A stretch of 64,000 nt of DNA from Dipteris shenzhenensis. Lineage: Eukaryota. This document shows, one piece after another, positions 46,281-57,109 of this stretch. The notes below the pieces were generated by a model, which was not told where the DNA came from, did not search any database, and was given only the letters and a program-made list of their open reading frames with translations. The stretch lies in the NCBI GenBank assembly GCA_047967505.1, contig CM106538.1. One strand, given 5' to 3'. Position numbers and translations under genes: made by a program. Numbering within the stretch: the stretch's first letter is position 1; each line of letters opens with the position of its first letter.

Positions 46281-48497
46281 CCTATGCATTTTATAGTGAG
46301 CTTCTCCTATTTTCTTTGTGGTATCAAAGCTAGGTGCCAATGTTGGGACCTTTGAAGGAAGCAATAAACTCGTGCAGGTATCAAAGTTAGCAGAAGCAAA
46401 ACCTGCAAGAGACATCTAATCTTAGGTGTATTACATAAATCAATTAATGAGTTTCTCTAGTTAAAGCACACACAACATGCATCTATGATGCATTTGGTAG
46501 TCACAATAAGTCGAACCAGTGAATATCCCCTACTGAAGAATGCCAAATTGGAAGGAGCCAATTATGTCATATGGAAATTCAAGCATGAGAATCTAGAAAC
46601 CTCTAAGACAGCCGAAGGAAAAGAGAAGAGATAAAAGGATAATGTTGGTTGGGAGTCATAGCCTTCCACCAGCTTGGCCCATCCTCTCCCACCAGGGCTG
46701 TTATGTCGATAACTGGACTAACTAGGGCCTAACCAAGACTGGCCTGACTTAAGGTCACGGCCAAGCTAACCTATGATCTTGGATTGGATTAGGGTTAGGG
46801 CATAGTCTAACCTGGATTTGGATTAACCTAGGGTTGAGACTAGAGCTAGCGTGGATGAGGTTTAGATGCCATGAAAGCATGACCATTCTAGGATTAGCAG
46901 AGCTAATTAGGTAAAAGCACCGCTTTAAGTAAGTGAAGCTCTTTGTGCATTAAACCTAATGTTAGGGCTGACTGCTAAAGGCTAGGCCTATAAGTATGAG
47001 CCAGGGGCTGAGTATTTGGGGTTCGAGGAGTTTGTGCCTCCTCTGGATGTAGACCTGTTGGCTTGGGAGTACCAGCTAGATGAAGGGGCACGTGTTATGG
47101 GCACATGCATTGACCGTGAGGCTGGCTAGCTCTTGCAATGGTCTAGACCTTTAGGCTCGGGTTGGCTCGACGTACTAAGCCTACAGCTGGGAGGTGAGCT
47201 GCTAGCTTGAATCCCTATGGATTGTTATGCGGGATTGTCCCGCTGTTTTGAGGACTCCGGCTGGGAGTTGAACCCCACCATGGTCAGTTGGGGGTGCTAC
47301 AATGGCATATGTCACTCACCTCCCTCCCCTTGTCACCCTGTCTTGCACGCCCCCCAAAATGACCTTTAAAATATAGGAATAACTGTAGTTGATTTCTGCA
47401 AGCACCATATTGGAGAGGGACTACCATGTGAAATTTAAAAAGAAGGCAGCTACCTAGAAGAGGATTGATCATTGAACAAAGATGTAGAAAAGGGACTTAC
47501 AAGTTGCAACTCCTAGAAGAGAGTGTATTTTTCATCTCACAGTGAGGCAATGGGAAACAAATAAAGCCATGTTTAAGAAACGGTAATAAGTTTCATATAG
47601 TTAATATTCATTTACTACTAGATAAGCAGTGTCGCAATATGTAATCCACTTAGTTTATTCTATCACATATTGGAGCAACGAAGATTACCTCAGTTGACGC
47701 GGTAGACTGCAGAAAAAGGCGTGTGTGAAGCTTCCTAGAAAAAGATTGAACAAGTGCAAAATGGAAATGTTGATTAGTGAAGAACCTCTTCAGTTTAGCT
47801 GTGAATTTTAGAAAAGGGTTTGAACTATTAGAAGACAGTGCAGTCGGCACCTCCCAGTGAGCCAATGTCAAACCAGGAAATACAAAATTTGAAACTAAGA
47901 TACATAAAAAACAGCTTTTTCCCTAGAGGCTACTACTAATTTGTCAATGTTCCAGTAGATAGCTGACTTCATTTCTTTCTACAATGACCTTTTACTATGA
48001 ATGACAGAAGGTTCTATTTTCAGTTTGAACATTATATTTTGCCATACGGTCCACTATTGTGTTTCATGATCATTATCTCAAGGTTGCTATAAACCAGTCA
48101 TGAAGATACTACCTTACTCTGTCTGCTTTGTTCTATCGGTGGACTATGTTATGTGGAGGCATCAAATGGATGTGTATTTGATAACATCATTTCTTCAATG
48201 CCGTCTGTTTTTAGCGATCTCTTAATGTTGCAGTAAATTATTGAAAAACCCCAAACTCCAGTTTGCAACATTGACATGTTTCAAAATATCTATCTTTGCA
48301 ACTCTATTAATGTCTGTAAGAGATTTTTAAGATTTATGATACCAACTGGGTCTGAACACAAATTGGAACAACTTGAATCTGAAAAATGGAAAGTTCCCAC
48401 GAGAGAGAGAGAGAGACACTTAAGTGCACTGACCACACTTGTGTATATATCTATAAACCAGAAATTGAAGGCAGAGGAGGTGCCCATTCAGTCCTAA
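10496..48497 (+). CDS. PAT1: Anthranilate phosphoribosyltransferase, chloroplastic (TrpD family); 10 coding exons, ~411 aa
   Basis: join(10496..10711,10811..10954,11182..11343,29511..29594,29882..30070,30180..30270,30976..31035,31309..31427,32411..32545,48462..48497). All introns are GT-AG, phases are consistent and there are no internal stops. Hallmark motifs: [58 protein letters not shown]. The last exon is the least certain. Confidence 0.93.
10811..10954 (+). CDS. PAT1: AnPRT exon 2
   Basis: tttcag|[48 protein letters not shown]|gtacgg. Confidence 0.95.
11182..11343 (+). CDS. PAT1: AnPRT exon 3
   Basis: tgcag|ISGLARAM...[32 protein letters not shown]|gtatgg. Confidence 0.97.
11908..13360 (-). 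mobile_element. Decayed 3' part of an L1-type LINE
   Basis: T-run at ~11909-11916 reads as a poly(A) remnant. Minus-strand Trp-rich fragments (12017-13234) resemble the post-RT region of the LINE ORF2 at 16066-17996. Interrupted by the LTR at 13361. Confidence 0.55.
13361..14454 (+). repeat. 5' LTR of a Ty1/copia element
   Basis: Runs TGTGGGAAAGGTCACC...GTCGATTTCTAATA. Homologous end-to-end to the solo LTR at 24897-26036 and directly followed by a PBS. Confidence 0.9.
14455..14466 (+). promoter_or_regulatory. Primer-binding site complementary to initiator tRNA-Met
   Basis: TGGTATCAGAGC immediately after the LTR end. Confidence 0.92.
14905..15457 (-). mobile_element. Inverted Copia integrase fragment inserted in gag
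   Basis: Minus strand [14 protein letters not shown]...[18 protein letters not shown]...[21 protein letters not shown]. Flanked by CTAGT at 14900-14904 and 15458-15462. Confidence 0.8.
15456..15799. repeat. Tandem duplication, 2 x 172 bp, within Copia gag
   Basis: TACTAGTAGATGGAG...AACACATCACG at 15456-15627 and 15628-15799, nearly identical. Confidence 0.95.
15945..22832 (-). mobile_element. Full-length L1-clade LINE (~6.9 kb), coding regions disrupted
   Basis: 12-bp TSD CCTTGATGGTAA at 15933-15944 and 22833-22844. Poly(T) on + at 15946-15955. ORF1 with zinc knuckle [14 protein letters not shown] (21277-22812). ORF2 from ~20417 ([10 protein letters not shown]): endonuclease (LLQEHK, NIYAP, GGDFN), RT ([31 protein letters not shown]) and C-terminal [16 protein letters not shown], ending at 16066. 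Confidence 0.95.
23150..23375 (-). mobile_element. L1-type RT fragment with a small direct repeat
   Basis: [26 protein letters not shown] on the minus strand. A ~39-bp direct repeat at 23150-23188 and 23196-23234. May be the upstream part of the LINE at 11908-13360. Confidence 0.7.
24897..26036 (-). repeat. Solo LTR (1140 bp) with a 5-bp TSD
   Basis: Minus strand TGTTGGAAAG...TTTCTAACA, with TG..CA termini. TSD AGAAA at 24892-24896 and 26037-26041. Inserted in the gypsy RT just before the catalytic FFDD motif. Confidence 0.95.
27244..27920 (+). repeat. 3'-truncated LTR of the same family
   Basis: Starts TGTTGGAATGGTCACCTCCCCATCTGTAAGCCCCCATATGAGGAGAG. Homology ends at GAGCAGACAGGAGCAGCC (~27920). 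Confidence 0.85.
28325..29180 (+). mobile_element. Short non-LTR element: degenerate LINE ORF1 homologue directly followed by an RTEX-like 3' tail; no ORF2
   Basis: ATG 28325 to ~29053, with 3-4 stops and 2 frameshifts. Coiled-coil-like N-terminus, [27 protein letters not shown]...ARKDGKW(A)VYREG. 3' tail GTCCCATAGACC...TTAATAGACTTTCTTTCTT at 29130-29179. Confidence 0.7.
29511..29594 (+). CDS. PAT1: AnPRT exon 4
   Basis: ttgcag|[28 protein letters not shown]|gtgaat. Confidence 0.97.
29882..30070 (+). CDS. PAT1: AnPRT exon 5
   Basis: atgtag|[63 protein letters not shown]|gtgagt. Confidence 0.97.
30180..30270 (+). CDS. PAT1: AnPRT exon 6
   Basis: gcaaag|[31 protein letters not shown]|gtagga (AAG acceptor). 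Confidence 0.93.
30976..31035 (+). CDS. PAT1: AnPRT exon 7
   Basis: tgtag|(G)[19 protein letters not shown]|gtaagg; phase 1 at both ends. Confidence 0.92.
31309..31427 (+). CDS. PAT1: AnPRT exon 8
   Basis: tgctag|(L)[39 protein letters not shown]|gtaaat. Confidence 0.95.
32411..32545 (+). CDS. PAT1: AnPRT exon 9
   Basis: ttgtag|[45 protein letters not shown]|gtaatt. Confidence 0.95.
32600..32916 (-). repeat. (GA)n microsatellites alternating with two short LINE 3'-end fragments
   Basis: Fragments at 32651-32746 and 32772-32892 carry the tail motif (GGCCTATGGGAC; GTCTTCGGGAGAC..GGTCTATGAGACC). The second also has (GAAA)n. Each fragment is bounded by (GA)n. Confidence 0.75.
32917..39765 (-). 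mobile_element. RTEX-like LINE copy B (ORF2 full-length but degenerate), interrupted by a gypsy fragment at ~36196-38962
   Basis: EN: WNCNG, YTETHES, CYFPP, GNFNART (38932-39681), resuming as STVDYLMGS at ~36195. [50 protein letters not shown]-terminus: [13 protein letters not shown]...CRLC...[13 protein letters not shown]. Tail motif at 32920-32956. Confidence 0.88.
36196..38962 (-). mobile_element. Chromovirus (Ty3/gypsy) 3' fragment: RNase H - integrase - chromodomain - PPT - LTR, with a second LTR segment in inverted orientation
   Basis: [18 protein letters not shown] (~38520). Integrase [38 protein letters not shown]. Chromodomain VFHVSRLKK...[31 protein letters not shown], then LTR start TGTTACGCTCTAGCC at 36655. 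38534-38961 is the reverse complement of ~36226-36650. Confidence 0.9.
39766..43945 (-). mobile_element. RTEX-like LINE copy A: ORF1 C-terminus + degenerate ORF2 + (TTTC)n tail; 5'-truncated
   Basis: ORF1 end MDEDLTPLQ...[15 protein letters not shown]...* (43935-43786). [57 protein letters not shown]-terminus: CILC...[11 protein letters not shown]. Tail at 39784-39840 abutting (GA)n. Confidence 0.9.
44861..45411 (+). mobile_element. 5'-truncated 3' end of the same RTEX-like family
   Basis: Similar to the ORF2 end of copy A (ACCTCTCAGAGC...GACACACAGATCACACTC...). Ends AGTCTCATAGACCCATCAGTCTTCCGAAGACTTTAATAAAC(TTTC)5. Confidence 0.85.
48462..48497 (+). CDS. PAT1: AnPRT putative terminal exon 10
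   Basis: Branch-point-like CTGAC at ~48429, then aaccag|[11 protein letters not shown]. Phase 0 matches exon 9. Followed by T-rich, UTR-like sequence. Short, so it needs cDNA support. Confidence 0.6.
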   Translation, partial: KLKAEEVPIQS

Positions 48498-49329
48498 AAG
48501 GACATACACTGTATTCGGGACAGAGATTGCTTTACAGTGGGCAGGTCCACTTCTTGGATTGATTGGGATTTTGTACATTCTTATTCTCCAAAACTTTTTT
48601 TCCTATTTATCTTCATAGGAAAGTAGGTTTGTTGCTTGTGCAAATGTTAAAAATATCTCTGTCGTCTTTTTTGGGCAGGGTTTTACTGGATCAGAAAGAA
48701 GATGCAAGCACCTATGTAGAGGGATTTAGGGTCGTTTGCCAATAAACTTCACTTTTTGTGGCTTTATGTTGTAGAATAGTATTAGATCCCTTCTTCAGTC
48801 ATCTTATTTTGGAGACTCAGATCATATGAAGAGCAGCATTCCTATGAATTTCAATTTTGTTAGAGTCTAACTCCATGTTCAACCCAAGCACTCTTCAAAG
48901 CTTGGCACTACTTATTCAAGGGAACCCCATATGTGCAAGTTGATAAGAAACAGCTGTGGAATGGTGGGTTCTTATATGTATTTAAACCCTTTTCCATATC
49001 TATGGCAATCAGACAAGAGACACTTATAGGTGGAGAAAATTTTCACATTTATAGGTTGATTGTAAGGTGTCCACTTCTTAGTCAGGGCACACTAACTCAG
49101 TCTGCATTTTTTTAATGGAGATCACAATGATTCAAAAATTTGTACTTCTGAAAATGAGATATGTCTGGTCAAAGGAGCTTGGGAAATGAGATATGTCTGG
49201 TTAAAGGAGCTTGATAGATTTTTAGAGACCTTTGATATGGGGCCCACCTCTTTGTCAAGCAACGATGGATTGTGAGATTTATTAACTTCACCTTGTCATG
49301 AATAGAAGAACACACGGATTTTAGAGTGT

Positions 49330-52300
49330 TGTTTAGTTTCTTGAAGGCTCAGTAGTCTATCCTTCTGAAAGCAAACTAATAGGAGGCTAAAGGAGGAAAG
49401 TAGCGCAAGGTCATCTTCTTTTAGTTCCTTATCCCGAAGGTTGCGGTCAAACCACTTTTGTGGCATAGTTTTTTTACCTTTACGTCATCTGCCACTCTCA
49501 ACCTCATCTCATCAAGCTTTTCAAGCTTGATTAGCTTTTTTGGAATCGCCTCTTTGGATAATCTATCCCTAATTGCAACTGTGAGGCTTGGGACTATAGG
49601 CATGACTGCTTCAACCCCAAACGCCAGGCATAAAGAGCGTGGAGTTGGTGGCGATCTTATACGCCGTTCGGTAGCCCAAGGTGTTGCGGTGAGTTTACGT
49701 TCCTAGTCATTACAACTGGCCTCTATTATGCATGTCATTGTGCAGCACAAGGCCTTATTCAATCTCTTGGCTTGGCCATTTGCTCTAGGGTAATAGGGTG
49801 TGGATGTCCTATGAATGATGAGGAATTCTCTAGGATGCAAATTATATCATTAATAAAATGGGTTCCTCGCTCACTCGCAATTTTTAGTGGGAGGCCAAAG
49901 CGTGATATTACGTTCTTATACAAGAACTTAGTGGTTGTCCTCGCATCCTCCTTCTTGGTGGCGTTGGCTTGTGTCCACTTGGTAAAATAATGTGTGGCCA
50001 CGATAATGTATCAAGCTTGAATCACTTTAGTTGTCGAGTTAATGGGTCCTACAAAATCAATACCCCACTTTTCAAAGCATTGATTTGTAAGGACTCTTGT
50101 TGGGGGCATATTGTCTTGGTTGTCGGGGATGAAGGCTCATTGGAAGGGGTCACAGTGCTTAATGAATTTGGTCACATCGGGAAAGAGAGGTGGACACCAT
50201 AATCCTTTACGAGTCAGAAGCTCTCTAGCGAAGTGACCAGTTATGATGCGCAAATTGGCTTCATCCAAGAACTCCAAAAATTCATTCTCACGGACATAGC
50301 AGTGCATTATACCATGCTTGCTCATGCGATAAAGTTGGCTGATTATCAATTGATATGGTACTGCGTCTTGAATAAGTTTCGTGGCCCGGTCTTTATTAAG
50401 GGCCTTGTCCTAAGGAAATCCATTGGCTAAGAAGTATTCGATCTCCGGAGCCCAATCCAAGATTAGATCCACAAGGAATAGCACAGCATCTGGAAGATCA
50501 TCTTCCACTCCTACTGCACGCCAGGTCTCCGTTGGGAATGCAAGACAATGATCAGCCATAAAGTGCGTACATCCCTTCCTTACAACAAGGTGGTGAAATC
50601 AAACTCTAAAAGGATGAGCATCCATCGTGTGATGTGTCCCATCATACATGGTTTATTGACTAAATAGAGGAGGGTCTATTGATCAACAAAGAAGGCAATT
50701 CTGTTTGCTAGCAAGTAATGTCTTTTTATGGCATATACCATGGCAGGTCCGTCTCACGTAGTCGTGGTATAGTTCATTTTTGCATCATTTGGTTGGCGGC
50801 GTGGAAAATATATCGGGTAATCTACGTTATACTCACCTGATTGTGCCAATACGCACCCTATTGCAAACTTAGAGGCATCAATGTGGACATGAAATATTGT
50901 CCCAATTAGGTGCTCACAAAATTGTGGCTGAAGCATGGATGAGTTTGAGGGTCTCATAGGAGGTTTAGCACTCCTTTGTCCAATAGAAAATGATCAATAA
51001 TTTGTACAATCAGTGGGCAATCTCAACATAGTTGTAGATGATCTATGATAGATGCCATGTGTCCAATGAACCTTTGTATGCCCTTTGTATTGGTAGGTGG
51101 GGGTAATTCCTAAATAAGTTGATTTTATTATAATCCATGGAGATCCCATTTTTGGACACCACATGTCTAAGGATAACTCGGTGTTTAACTTAGAATTGGC
51201 ATTTCAAAGGATTGAGGGAGATCCGGTAGAGACTACATCTTTCAAACACAAGTCTCAAGTACTTAAGGTGATCATCCCATTTGTAATGAACACATAGGTC
51301 ATCTAGGAAACCTCTAGAAAATCCCTAAGATATTCCTTGAAAGCCATGATCACCATCCTTTGGAATATTGTGAGAGCATTAGCAAATCCAAAGAGCATCA
51401 CCTTGGCCTAAAATCCCCATCTTGTGGCAAACACAATCTTGTGCTAATCCTCTGACGCTAAAGACACTTGATTATATCCTCCGGTGCTATTTTGGAGGCG
51501 TAAAATCCCCATCCTATGGCAAAACAATTGTGTTGAGCCTCTGGTGCTATAGACACTTGATTATATTGAGAGAACCCATCTTGGAAGCTATAAGCTTCCT
51601 TGCTAGCAACTCTAGAACATGTTCCATAAAGGGCAGCAGATAATGGTGTTTATGAGTCGCAGCGTCTACCTTTTTGAGATCTATGCATACTCTGATCTTG
51701 CCATTCTTTTTTAACACTATGACAATGGGGGATACCCAATCCGTATGCTAATCTCATTGATGAACCTTGCATCGATTAATTTCTATATGCCTTCCCATAC
51801 AAGCCTCGCATACTTTGGATTCATCAGGTAGGGTCTTAGCCACACCGGTCTAATGTCATCCATCATGTGGATGGTGTGTTGTATGACCTCTGGTGGCACG
51901 CCCTTCATATTAGTATGCTTCCAAGTGAAGCAATGTAGTAAGAGCCTTTTCTTGCTCGAGGGTGAGATCATCGACTATATAGACCGCTTTAGGGTCTTCG
52001 CCATCTGAGGCAAGGTCCACTTCCTTGACGTTAGTTGGACCATCATGCTTTAGGTTTTGGAGCCTTGCTCTTCTGTGATGAATTAGCTATCGGGGGGCCG
52101 TAGTCGTAGCTAGAGGGGGCTCCTCTACCCTGAGAGATCCTATCCAACCTAGTTCCCCAATTTGTCGAGAACTCATGGTGTACGGAAACAGCACACACAT
52201 ATCTCAACCAGTGAAGATTCGACTTTACCTTTCATACCCCTGGCCATCTTCTAGTGCCCTTGAGATATTAATCATGTTTAAGGGAACTATGTTCTTAAGC

Positions 52301-53950
52301 ACCTTGGTGTTGTAGGCCGTCATCTTCATCTCTATCCTCTTGACCCCATTTATGGTCGCAAGAACATGCATTCAGTTTTGGGAGAATCGGGTTCTCGCAA
52401 CGAAGCATACTAGTGTTCATCTCGGTACTCTCCCATGTCCTCATTGCATGCTTGGAATACATTTAGAGAAGTGGTCCTTTGTGTAGTATTTGAGTCGGCA
52501 ACAACAAAAAATAAGTTGCAGGTCATTGGGTGGGCTTTTCACTTCTAGAGGTCAACCCTCACAATTTGTTCATTCTTGCGCAAATAAATCCTATTTGAGG
52601 AGCAGTCATCTATGGCAGACATGAAGGGTCTTCCCAAAATAACATCGTGCCCATCTGGCTACCAATGGAAATCCATTATAGCAAACCAGACATGGTAGGT
52701 GAGCTCAAAGGTTTTAATCTTAATGCCCCTTAAAACCCCTACCATTTGGGCCATTGCTCCATCAGCTAGTTTGACAACCAGGTTGGGGCCTTCAATCTCA
52801 GGCCTTCCCTAATTAGTCCAACATTGTAAGTGATAATGCTAACACCTGTTTCTCCATCCAAGATTGCCATCGCATTCTTGCTTTGGTAGGTAATTGGAAG
52901 CATAGCATTTATATCATCGCTCTCAAAGTATTGACCTAGTTTGTTGATCAAAAGCTTTAAAAGATTCTCTCGATTACTTGGATGGCCACTTCCTCAGGAG
53001 TGACAATTTGTCCATTCATCTAGTGAGAGAGGTCTCTTCATAGGATGCAGTTCCCTCTTAACAGGGCTACTATAGGCATGTTTACCTTTGTGGATAGGAA
53101 TGCGGCGAGCCCTATCACATCTCGAGGTTGGGTGATGGGTTCTCGGCCTTATGACTATGGTTCTTCAAAACCATAAAAGGACATAGGGTCCTCTTCTGTA
53201 GCCTGGTGCCATTTGGGGACCTCCTCGAACATCTTGTGTCTTAGGAGTGTCTTGGGAGCGACCGTTCTACCAAAGTTCCTTCTGAGCCTTCCCCAACAAC
53301 CTTTTCGAAGGAAGGGGCAGCCTTAGGGGCTGTGTTTTGGGCCTGGTAGCTTGGGTGTGTGGTATCCATGACCTTGCTACTCCTGATTCTTTCCTCAAAT
53401 TTTTCTTGGCAATCACGGACCAATTGTTGTTCCTCTACTAGGTGTTGCTTCTCGATTGCTGAGTCGGGGTATTCACTATGCCCACTTGAGTTTAAGTTTT
53501 GCCTATGTGACTGTGCCCCTCTTACATCACCCTTTTATGCAAACCAAGGGTGGGCATGGTCCAGCACCAATTAGGTGCCTTCCAATGAGATGGAAGTGGA
53601 TATGGTGGTGATGTCCTCATCGGACCCGCTCTGTGGATGATAACCTTATCTGATCCCTTCCCTATTTTGATTGCACCTAACTAGGTCGAAGCCTCTTTAT
53701 CTCATTGAGCTTGTTTCTAAGTTCCTTGCTCATGGCTCTAGCGTGTGCCCTAGTGATCACATTCAACGATACCGAAGAAACTTTACCCCTCTCGATGCTT
53801 AGTAGGTTAATGCTGGTCTTAAGATCTGAGGTCGTTTTTGGGGCTCACCTATTGGATAGTCCTTGAAGAGGTGATCACCCCACAACCCGAACACAACGCG
53901 GCATTTAGATTGGAAGTGGTGGCTAGGGGTAAGGGTTGGCCTCCTCTTGA
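49330..53950 (-). mobile_element. Heavily decayed Ty3/gypsy internal region (non-chromovirus-like)
   Basis: Integrase THYFTKW...ISRFGLPLKIASERGTHFIN (49759-50001) and LEKLDEMRL. RNase H FHVHIDASKFAIGCVLAQ (50754-50957). RT-upstream MKGVPPEVIQHTI..RPY.MNP (51783-51971). Protease AILDGETGVSII (52766-52951). LTRs not identified. Confidence 0.85.
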
Positions 53951-55503
53951 GAAAATGCTTCAAGAAATATTAAGTCATGGTTGTTTAAGGTGCTTGATGG
54001 TGTGTCTCCATATATTTTGTGTGTTGTGGGTATTCCTCTACCTCTTGTATTAAAAAAAATCTATCTTGCGTGTGTTGAATAAAAATGCTCTCACATTTTT
54101 TCATGTTGAATGACTAGATCTTGGAGTGTATCTTGTATTTTTGAAAGCTCATTCATTGTTGCTTTTTTGTCTTTTTGATTTAGGTGCAATAACTTGTACC
54201 AATCTTCTATTATTATGTTAATAGCAGTAGAGGAGGCTCGTAATGATTCCTAATTGAGTCTAAGTTTAGCTCTTAAACTTTCTTGTAAGTTAGAATTTCT
54301 TGAGAGTTTATATATAGCTAATGATGACCATGAAGGACTTGATGGTAGTGGAAGGGGCTGGTAGAGGTATCCCAAGCACACTAGCTCTCCATGCCATCTA
54401 TAGCATTGTGTATGTGACATTTCATATTAGTGTGTGAGGGATTTTATGACTTTTTCAAAAGCATGATTTGTCTTAAGACCATTTGAGGATAGCTCTATGA
54501 AGTCTAAAAGCTTAAAGTATGTGTCAAAATGAAAGACTTTGTAAAATTTTGCTTAATAATATAAGATATTGCTTGATAAAGTAATGTAATACAATGCTTA
54601 CTTTCTCGCTAAACAAATTTAGTTGTGAATAAAAACTTGATGTATTCTAAGTTTTACAAAAAATGTAGGCCTACACTCAGAAATACCATTAGTCCAAGAG
54701 TATCTATGAATCGCATAAGTTGAAAGGGAAGTGATAACCGAATACCATTGACATAACAGTTTGTTTAGCAATAGGGTAGGAAGGTTTAAAGCACACTTCC
54801 CCACTTGTTACCCTTGTCACAACTTGCTAAACAATTTTTACAAATTTATATGTCACGTATTATGGTCATCTTTTTTATTAACCTTTATGAGTCATCAATT
54901 GCACATTATCCAAAGTCATTCTCTCCACTATAAATTTGATACTATTAATCTCATCACTATGGGAGATCAGAGTTGTATACTCTGGACATGTTTTTGCTTA
55001 GTTATGCAATTTAATGGTGTGGGTTTTTAATAATTCAAAGCTTGAATTAAGCTAAAAAGAAAGGACAAGGAAAGAAGGTTGAAATTGAAAATAGTAACCA
55101 CTTTGAGACATAACAGAGACATAAAAAAGGAAAAATTCCTAGAAACAATAATAAAACTTAAAACAAAACTAAAAAATGAGTGGACAAATTACAAAAAGAC
55201 AATGAAAAATGAATTAATCAAAAGAAACAAAACAAGTTAAAACTAACCTCCGAAGGCCTAAAGAAAAACCACAATAGCAGCATTGCAATGAAAAAACACA
55301 AATATATAATAATAGTAATAATATAAAAAGTGAACATTAAAAACTAAAATGAATAACACACTTGGAAGCTAAAGAGCTAAAAAAGAATTCCAAATAAAAG
55401 GGAAAACCCAAACAAGAAACTAGCAAACTATGGAACAAGACACCACGAAGAAAATCTACTCTCTCCAAATGAAAGGCTCTCTCTGTCTCTCTCTCCCTGC
55501 CTC

Positions 55504-55555
<52 letters not shown>

Positions 55556-55638
55556 CAATCACTCTGTGACCCTAGTTCGTGCATGCTTGGACCTTAGAGA
55601 AAAGCAACCTATATATGGGATGTCCCTTTCAAATATAA

Positions 55639-55743
55639 AGGTATTGCTTGAAAATCAAGCATATTCCCCTTGGATTTGAAAATCCAACATATTCCCCTTG
55701 GATATAGGTATTGCTTGAAAAGTAAGCATATTCCCCTTGGATA
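55639..55743. repeat. Short imperfect tandem repeat, 3 x CATATTCCCCTTGGAT core
   Basis: The 16-bp core occurs three times; two copies are preceded by GGTATTGCTTGAAAA. Confidence 0.8.
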
Positions 55744-56541
55744 TGAAACAAACACCCCCTCCCTTTCTTGACACAAGCTACATGACTCATCTACGACAAG
55801 ATTGAAGCTTGCCTCCATTAGGTTTGAAAATGGGGATCTAAGGTTACCTTGAAATCAGTCTTAAGGTTGGGATCCAAGGTTATGTTTAATTTTAAGGAAC
55901 AAAATGAGCTGCTCCACAGTCTACCTATATAGGATCACCAAATGGGTAGATCTTATATTTCTCACCTAGCGTCCAAGCTTTAGAATGAACGTCCACAAGC
56001 TTTGGCTTGTTTAATAGATCTCTCACATCATATCTCCTCTTGCACATAGACATTGGATCTTGCAAACTTAACTCGAAGAGCCTTGGTTAGAAAAAGAATC
56101 AACTTATAGTTGCATTGAAACTTTAGAGATCATCTAATATATGCACATAATTTTAAGGGCAAATAATGGCAAATTAAAGTCAATTAAACTATAAGCTTGA
56201 ATGGGGTTGCCTCTCATCCTCTCTTGCATGGACTCTTCCCTAATTGTTGCATATACTTCCCCCTCACTTTTTGTGACTTGCCTGTCTGCCTCCTATCTTC
56301 TTGTTCACTAATAATTTCTAAGTCATTATTGGGATCTGCTAAGGTCCAAACTTTCTTTTGATGTGCCCATCGCCTTTGTAGGATCTCCTTCCTTCTTTCT
56401 TTTGGTCTTTGTCAGTGGTAATCATCCCCTTCACCTGCACAATTCCTTCAATCCATGAAAGATCAAGCCCAAGGCTCGGGCATCATTTGAGCAATTAGTA
56501 ATCATTTATCATTGGAGATCCTTTTTGGGTAGTTTTGTGAA

Positions 56542-56759
<218 letters not shown>

Positions 56760-57109
56760 AAGACTTGACAACACCCCTTTGCATAGTGAAAAGCCAAAAG
56801 AGCGAAGCTAGACAATGGAATAGAACTAACTGTATTAACAGAAAGTTTGTACAAGTCGGTGAATCCGTGTTTATGAAGGAAACCAGCAGTGGGCCATTTT
56901 GTAGAAATGACTTTCTGGAAACTATATAGAAGTTGAGCTTGGATAAGTCCTGGGGGCAAGCAACTTTTATTGAAGAGGGGAGTCTGCTTACCTACCACCA
57001 TCCAACAAGAAAAACGTGGTGAGAACCCGCTTCAACCTTGGTTGGGAAGACAGGTGTCATAAACACCCCTCCCTTGTTATCGGGGTCACAAACTTAAATA
57101 GCTCAATGT

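Noticed and set aside
46500-47300. Short Copia-gag-like peptide ([13 protein letters not shown]) and an LTR-like stretch ending GGGGTGCTACA, with TTAGGG-like words
   Set aside because: Too short or unbounded to define. No TSD or PBS, and the telomere-like words are isolated, not an array.
55639-55743. Repeat-spacer look resembling a CRISPR array
   Set aside because: Only three short cores; the spacers are similar to each other and uneven; eukaryotic context with no cas genes.
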